Positions 58,663-64,000 of a stretch of DNA of 64,000 nucleotides are shown here, piece after piece (position 1 is the stretch's first letter; each line of letters opens with the position of its first letter). Where the stretch lies: positions 6,855-70,854 of the forward strand of contig JAUSDY010000063.1 in the NCBI GenBank assembly GCA_030650395.1. Reading direction: 5' to 3'. The notes under the pieces are model-generated. The model had not been told where the DNA came from and searched no databases. It saw only the letters and a list, made by a program, of their open reading frames with translations. Position numbers and translations under genes: made by a program. The DNA is from Acidobacteriota bacterium. GTDB taxonomy: Bacteria > Acidobacteriota > Vicinamibacteria > Vicinamibacterales > UBA2999.

Positions 58663-59655
58663 CCCTTGAGCGTCAGTTACGCGCACATCGTAATCGGTGA
58701 TGTTGACGTCGTCGTGACGATGCGGCTGCCGCTCGATGACATGGACCTGTTGCTTCGCCTCGATCGGGACCTCGACGGCTCGGTGTCCGACGGGGAAATT
58801 TCGGCGGCGGCGCCCGCGCTCCATGCGTATCTCGGCGCGCACATCGTGCTGCGCGCCGATGGCGTCGCCGGCGCAGGCGCGCTCGAAAAGACCGCACGCT
58901 GGCCGGACAGCACCGGGTTCCCGTATGTCGAGGCGACCCTCCGCTACCCGGTCGTTCGACCGCCTGCTGCGGTCGCGATTCAGGTGCGGGTCTTGAGCGA
59001 CCTGTATGCCGGCCATCGCACGCTGGGCGACATCGAATGGGGGCCGCGCCGAGAGGAGTTCGTGTTCCAGAACGGCAACACGTTCGAGGGGACCGCCGTC
59101 TCGACCGGCTGGTGGCGTGCGGCTCGCACGTTTCTGGCGCTCGGCGTCGAGCACATCCTGACCGGCTACGATCATCTACTGTTCCTCGTCGGATTGCTGG
59201 TGGCGGGCCGGGGGATTCCGCAGTTGGTCGCCATCGTCTCGTCGTTCACGGTCGCGCACAGCCTCACGCTCGCGGCCGCGACGTTAGGGTTCATTTCACC
59301 CCCGCCACGGCTGGTCGAAGCCGTCATTGCGCTGAGCATCGCATACGTGGGAATCGAGAATCTGCTCGCCAGGGAGGTGCGCGGCCGATGGAAGCTCGCG
59401 TTTGCCTTCGGTCTGGTCCACGGCTTCGGCTTCGCGAACGTGCTGCGCGAGATGGAGCTGCCGCGGCAAGCGCTCGCGTCGAGCTTGTTCACCTTCAATC
59501 TCGGTGTCGAAATCGGGCAGCTCGGCGTTGTCGTGCTGTTATGGCCCCTCTTGCGATGGGTGCAAGGGTCGTCGTACGCTGCCCCGGTGACGCGATGGAC
59601 GTCGGCAGTGATCACGGTCTGCGGCCTGGGCTGGTTCGTCCAGCGGATGATGTGA
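58609..59655 (+). CDS. HupE/UreJ-family membrane protein with a ~170-aa periplasmic N-terminal domain
   Basis: EHILTGYDHLLFLVGLL and following TM helices are the HupE/UreJ core; proposed TTG start at 58609 gives signal peptide LLLAALCLSLAGVCLTA. Confidence 0.7.
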   Translation: MLLAALCLSLAGVCLTAHPLSVSYAHIVIGDVDVVVTMRLPLDDMDLLLRLDRDLDGSVSDGEISAAAPALHAYLGAHIVLRADGVAGAGALEKTARWPDSTGFPYVEATLRYPVVRPPAAVAIQVRVLSDLYAGHRTLGDIEWGPRREEFVFQNGNTFEGTAVSTGWWRAARTFLALGVEHILTGYDHLLFLVGLLVAGRGIPQLVAIVSSFTVAHSLTLAAATLGFISPPPRLVEAVIALSIAYVGIENLLAREVRGRWKLAFAFGLVHGFGFANVLREMELPRQALASSLFTFNLGVEIGQLGVVVLLWPLLRWVQGSSYAAPVTRWTSAVITVCGLGWFVQRMM

Positions 59656-59656
59656 G

Positions 59657-60400
59657 ATGCGAATTCCCTGCCTTCGCGTGAGGTCCGCGGTGGTGCCGGT
59701 AGTGCTGGCTCTGCTCGCGATGGCGACGCCGGTCATGGCGGATGTCATCCTGTCCGCCACCGTCGTCAACGACACGTTGAAGAAGATGCAGCGCCTGCAG
59801 CAAGCCCTCGGCTCCCAGACCGGCGCCGCTCGCGCGGAGGCCCTGTTCCAGCTCGGTATCGAAGCCGACGGACTGACCTCTCGCATCAACGATGAAGTCG
59901 CGGCCCACGGCTCTCAGGAAAAGCCGCTGATCGACCTGGCTGTGGACCGGACCCGTGAGCTCGGCGTCGTGATTAGCTACGACGCGGGCAAGAAAAAGTT
60001 CTTCTACGACAACGCCGCCTTTCGACAATACCTCGTGGTGGCTTCCCGCAGTGCGCACGCGGCGGAGGCGGCGTTCAAATTGATCGAGGGCGACTTCTTC
60101 CAATCGTCGGCCACAGACACGGCCGCGATCCTCTCGGCGGCGGAGCGGAAGCGCGGGTTCCTGCGGCAGCATCGCGCGTTCGCGGCCGCCGTGGAAGTGC
60201 ACATGATGCTGAGCGTCGATTATCGGGATTTGTACCACCACTATCACTCAGCCGGCGATGCGGCGAACCGCGATCGATACCGTGATCTGACGAGACAGCA
60301 ACTCCGACTGTTGATGAAGAGTTTTCCAGACTCCGAGCAGGCTGAAATCGCGCGGCGCATGCTCGAGCGTTTCGACCAGCAACTGCGCGGGTCGCCGTAA
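59657..60400 (+). CDS. Secreted alpha-helical hypothetical protein
   Basis: 247 aa; signal peptide ...VVPVVLALLAMATPVMA; starts 1 nt after the HupE stop. Confidence 0.6.
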   Translation: MRIPCLRVRSAVVPVVLALLAMATPVMADVILSATVVNDTLKKMQRLQQALGSQTGAARAEALFQLGIEADGLTSRINDEVAAHGSQEKPLIDLAVDRTRELGVVISYDAGKKKFFYDNAAFRQYLVVASRSAHAAEAAFKLIEGDFFQSSATDTAAILSAAERKRGFLRQHRAFAAAVEVHMMLSVDYRDLYHHYHSAGDAANRDRYRDLTRQQLRLLMKSFPDSEQAEIARRMLERFDQQLRGSP

Positions 60401-60425
60401 AGCGCCTTGTGCGGCGCGAAGGAAG

Positions 60426-61079
60426 ATGGCAGAATCTGCCCGCACAGGTCACAGCATTATAGAGAACATCGACTTCACCCGTAACGGCCGCACAGCGCGT
60501 GGGGCTTCGGTCCTCGCCTGGGCTACCGCGATCGTCGCGCTGTTGTCGGGCGCGGCCCTGATCTGGTTCTCAGCGTGGCGGCAACCCCTGCTGGACGCCG
60601 AGGCCGCCGCGACGACGGGCGACTGGCCCCGCGCGCTCGAGCGCTACGCGGCGGCCGAGGCGCGCTTCAATGACTGGCCGCTCTCGCAGCGGGTGTTTCC
60701 GGCGGTGTACCGCGCGACGCTCGCCAATCAACTGGCCGCCCACTACCGCCTCGGCGCGCTTGACGCCGTGCTCGAAAAAGCCGAGACCGTGCCTGCGACC
60801 GCGGCGAGCCATTTCTGGACGGGTTCGGCGTTGTTCGATAAGAGCCGGGCGGAGCAAAACGCCGACGCGCGTCTCGGTTGGCTCGGACGCGCGACCGATG
60901 AGTTCAAGGCCGTACTCGAAATCGAGCCGGAGAACTGGGACGCGATTTATAACTACGAGCTGACCAAGCGCCTCTTCGAGGAGCTGCGCAAGAAGCCCAA
61001 GACCCCACCCAAGCAGCTGTTGGAATTGCTCAGGCCGCAGCCCAAGGAAGGCAACAAGCCGGTCAAGAGGATCGGCTGA
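60426..61079 (+). CDS. Membrane-anchored TPR protein (BatC-like)
   Basis: One TM segment then TPR-like helices; C-terminal ...WDAIYNYELTKRLFEELRKK resembles the BatC end pattern. Confidence 0.65.
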   Translation: MAESARTGHSIIENIDFTRNGRTARGASVLAWATAIVALLSGAALIWFSAWRQPLLDAEAAATTGDWPRALERYAAAEARFNDWPLSQRVFPAVYRATLANQLAAHYRLGALDAVLEKAETVPATAASHFWTGSALFDKSRAEQNADARLGWLGRATDEFKAVLEIEPENWDAIYNYELTKRLFEELRKKPKTPPKQLLELLRPQPKEGNKPVKRIG

Positions 61080-61103
61080 CGCCGCGCCCGCCCCGGTAGG
61101 TAG

Positions 61104-62086
61104 ATGCGATTCTTGCACCCGGAAATCGCCGCGTGGCTTCTCGCGCTTCCCGTTGTCTTCGGGGCCTGGGCGTTGCATACGCGTGCGCGTACCAATTTTC
61201 GGAACAGGGTGATGCCACCGGCGCTCAGAACACGGTCCCGGCTCACGACGTGGCGGCGTGATGCGGCCGTGCTCGTCTGCGCCGCGACGGCGTGGACGGC
61301 GGTGGTGATCGCGCTCATGCGCCCGCAGGTTTTGGTCGAGTCGCAGACACCTGATTACGCGCGCGAGGATCTGGTCATCGTGCTCGACCACTCCGCCTCG
61401 ATGGCGGCGCGTGACGTGCCGCCGTCACGTTTCGGTCGAGCCGCGCAGGAGATCAAAACCTTTCTTGCACACAAGCCGGACATCATCGATCGCGTCGGCC
61501 TGGTGGAGTTTTCCGGCACGTCGCTCGTCCTGTCGCATCTGACGCGGGACACCGACAGCCTGTCGTTTTATCTCGACTGGATCCGCGAGAGTCCTGAGGT
61601 GCGCTTCGGGACCGATCTCGGCGGGGCCCTGGCGACCGCCCGCGAACTGGTCCGCAAGGACGATCGCTCGACCACCAAAGTGTTTCTCGTCATTTCGGAC
61701 GGCGCCGATCAGGGCACGCAACTGGCGAAGGAATTGGCGGCGGTTCGCGACGAGCGAACCCGGGTCTACGCGATCGGTATCGGCGCGGACCGCGAGGCGG
61801 TGATTCCGGTCGTGAACGAGATGGGCGTCGAAACGCTGCTCGAGGACGAGGACGGCCGTCTCTTGACGGCGGGCTTCGACGAATCGACGCTCAGGGACAT
61901 TGCGTCGCAGACCGGCGGGCGTTACGTGCGATCGGTCACGGGGGCGGACCTCTCGCTCGCCCTGCGGGATCTGGTTCTGCGCGAACGGCCGCTGTTGGCC
62001 ATGAAGACCACGACCGAGTACAAGGATTTCTACCGGGAAAGCCTCATGGTGGCCGCGGTCGCCGTGGGCCTCCTGCTCTGTTTGTT

Positions 62087-62090
<4 letters not shown>
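61104..62090 (+). CDS. VWA-domain membrane protein (BatA-like)
   Basis: Two N-terminal TM helices, MIDAS motif DHSASM, C-terminal TM anchor. Confidence 0.85.
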
Positions 62091-63127
<1,037 letters not shown>

Positions 63128-63140
63128 GAGAGCTGCCCCG

Positions 63141-64000
63141 ATGCTGCCCGATGAGGTCAGACGCGAGCTCCGGTACATCGAGATGTACACGGCCAAGCGG
63201 ATTCGCAACCTTCGGGTGGGCGCGTATACGAGTCGTGTCGCCGGCAGCGGCTTCGACTTCAAGGAACACCGGCCCTACCGGGCGGGAGACGATGTCCGCA
63301 GGATTGACTGGAACGTCACGGCACGGTTGCGCGCGCCGTTCGTGCGGGTGACTGACGCGGAGCGCGAGCTCAACCTGATCGTCGCGCTCGATCTGTCGCC
63401 GAGCATGGGGTTCGGCACCGTCCGCCGATCCAAGAAGGACGCCATGCTCTTCATCGCCGGATGCCTGGTGTTTTCGGCCCTCGCGGATCGTATCAATATC
63501 GGGTTCGTCGCGTTCGCCGATCGAGTGCTGGCCTACTTCCCGCCGCGCCACAATCGGGCGCACGCCTGGGAGGCGCTGGAGCAACTGTGGTCGCTCGACG
63601 CGCCGGCGACACGGACATCGGTTGCACCAGTAGCCCGGCTGCTCGCCGGACGGCTCAAGCGCACGAGCCTGGTGTGCGTGGTGTCGGACTTCATCACCTC
63701 GGACGTCTTCGGTGCTGCGCGCGAGCTCAAGATGGTCGCGGCACGACACGACCTGGTCGGTGTGGTGGTCGAAGATCCCGCCGAAGCGTCGCTGCCAGAC
63801 GGACACGGTGTGGTGCGGGTGCGAGACATGGAGTCGGGCCGATCGCTCAGTGTCGGCCTTGGCGACGGGGTTCGGCGCCGCTATCGCGAGACGGCGGTGG
63901 CGCAGCGCCTGGCGTTGACCGAGGCGTTTTACAAGATCCCGATGGATCCGGTCTTCGTGCGCTCTGACGAGAACGCCGTCGAGCCGCTGTTACGACTGTT
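63141..64000 (+). CDS. DUF58-domain protein, 3' end beyond the window
   Basis: Own translation from ATG 63141: MLPDEVRRELRYIEMYTAKRIRN...HRPYRAGDDVRRIDWNVTARL...; open to the right edge so not in the ORF track. Confidence 0.85.
   Translation, partial: MLPDEVRRELRYIEMYTAKRIRNLRVGAYTSRVAGSGFDFKEHRPYRAGDDVRRIDWNVTARLRAPFVRVTDAERELNLIVALDLSPSMGFGTVRRSKKDAMLFIAGCLVFSALADRINIGFVAFADRVLAYFPPRHNRAHAWEALEQLWSLDAPATRTSVAPVARLLAGRLKRTSLVCVVSDFITSDVFGAARELKMVAARHDLVGVVVEDPAEASLPDGHGVVRVRDMESGRSLSVGLGDGVRRRYRETAVAQRLALTEAFYKIPMDPVFVRSDENAVEPLLRL

Overview
High-GC (roughly two thirds G+C by eye) bacterial chromosomal segment with about 60 genes and about 90 percent coding density. The two roughly 1050-aa carboxypeptidase-regulatory-domain TonB-dependent receptors and the CBM9/DUF5916 proteins suggest an Acidobacteriota-like soil organism; this is inference, as no search was possible.

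Gene order, left to right:
- A small toxin-antitoxin islet around tRNA-Gln(CUG): an RHH fragment, an HTH-PIN pair and a DUF104-like ORF, plus a translationally coupled nucleotidyltransferase/EEP-nuclease cassette.
- A CBM9/DUF5916 outer-membrane protein and a secreted helical-repeat protein.
- An IorAB-like molybdenum oxidoreductase, a PEGA protein and mug.
- A contiguous nitrogen-assimilation block, amtB-glnK-gltB-gltD, followed by mutM.
- kynB-kynU, then an APC permease and a class IV aminotransferase.
- A 1.1-kb zone of three gene fragments.
- An ABC exporter, an SRPBCC-ArsR pair with twin palindromic operators, and an amidohydrolase.
- A PQQ alcohol dehydrogenase with a lanthanide-type DxD motif.
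- A locus of about 19 kb that looks like aromatic di/tricarboxylate catabolism: a PhtD-like decarboxylase, a phthalate-family Rieske oxygenase with its reductase, LigJ-like and LigK/RraA-like enzymes, a Cys-nucleophile hydrolase, a bicupin, 2 TonB-dependent receptors and 2 DASS permeases.
- A second CBM9/DUF5916 protein, a long HupE/UreJ protein, and a Bat/MoxR-type operon (TPR, VWA, MoxR, DUF58) that runs off the right edge.

I recognised no rRNA, CRISPR array, transposase, integrase or phage genes.

The most unusual signal is at the sequence level. Between about 8.2 and 33.8 kb there is a dense population of tiny structured repeats:
- 14 copies of a GTAG-plus-hairpin (REP-like) micro-element, none cleanly intergenic. 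Ten are read through in frame inside conserved genes, three supply stop codons, and one splits a small ORF.
- GC-rich composite elements that are also translated inside genes.
- Long SD/anti-SD-like hairpins at gene ends.
- Low-complexity 7-8-mer spacers.

All calls rest on manual motif recognition and remembered homologues; nothing was searched against a database.
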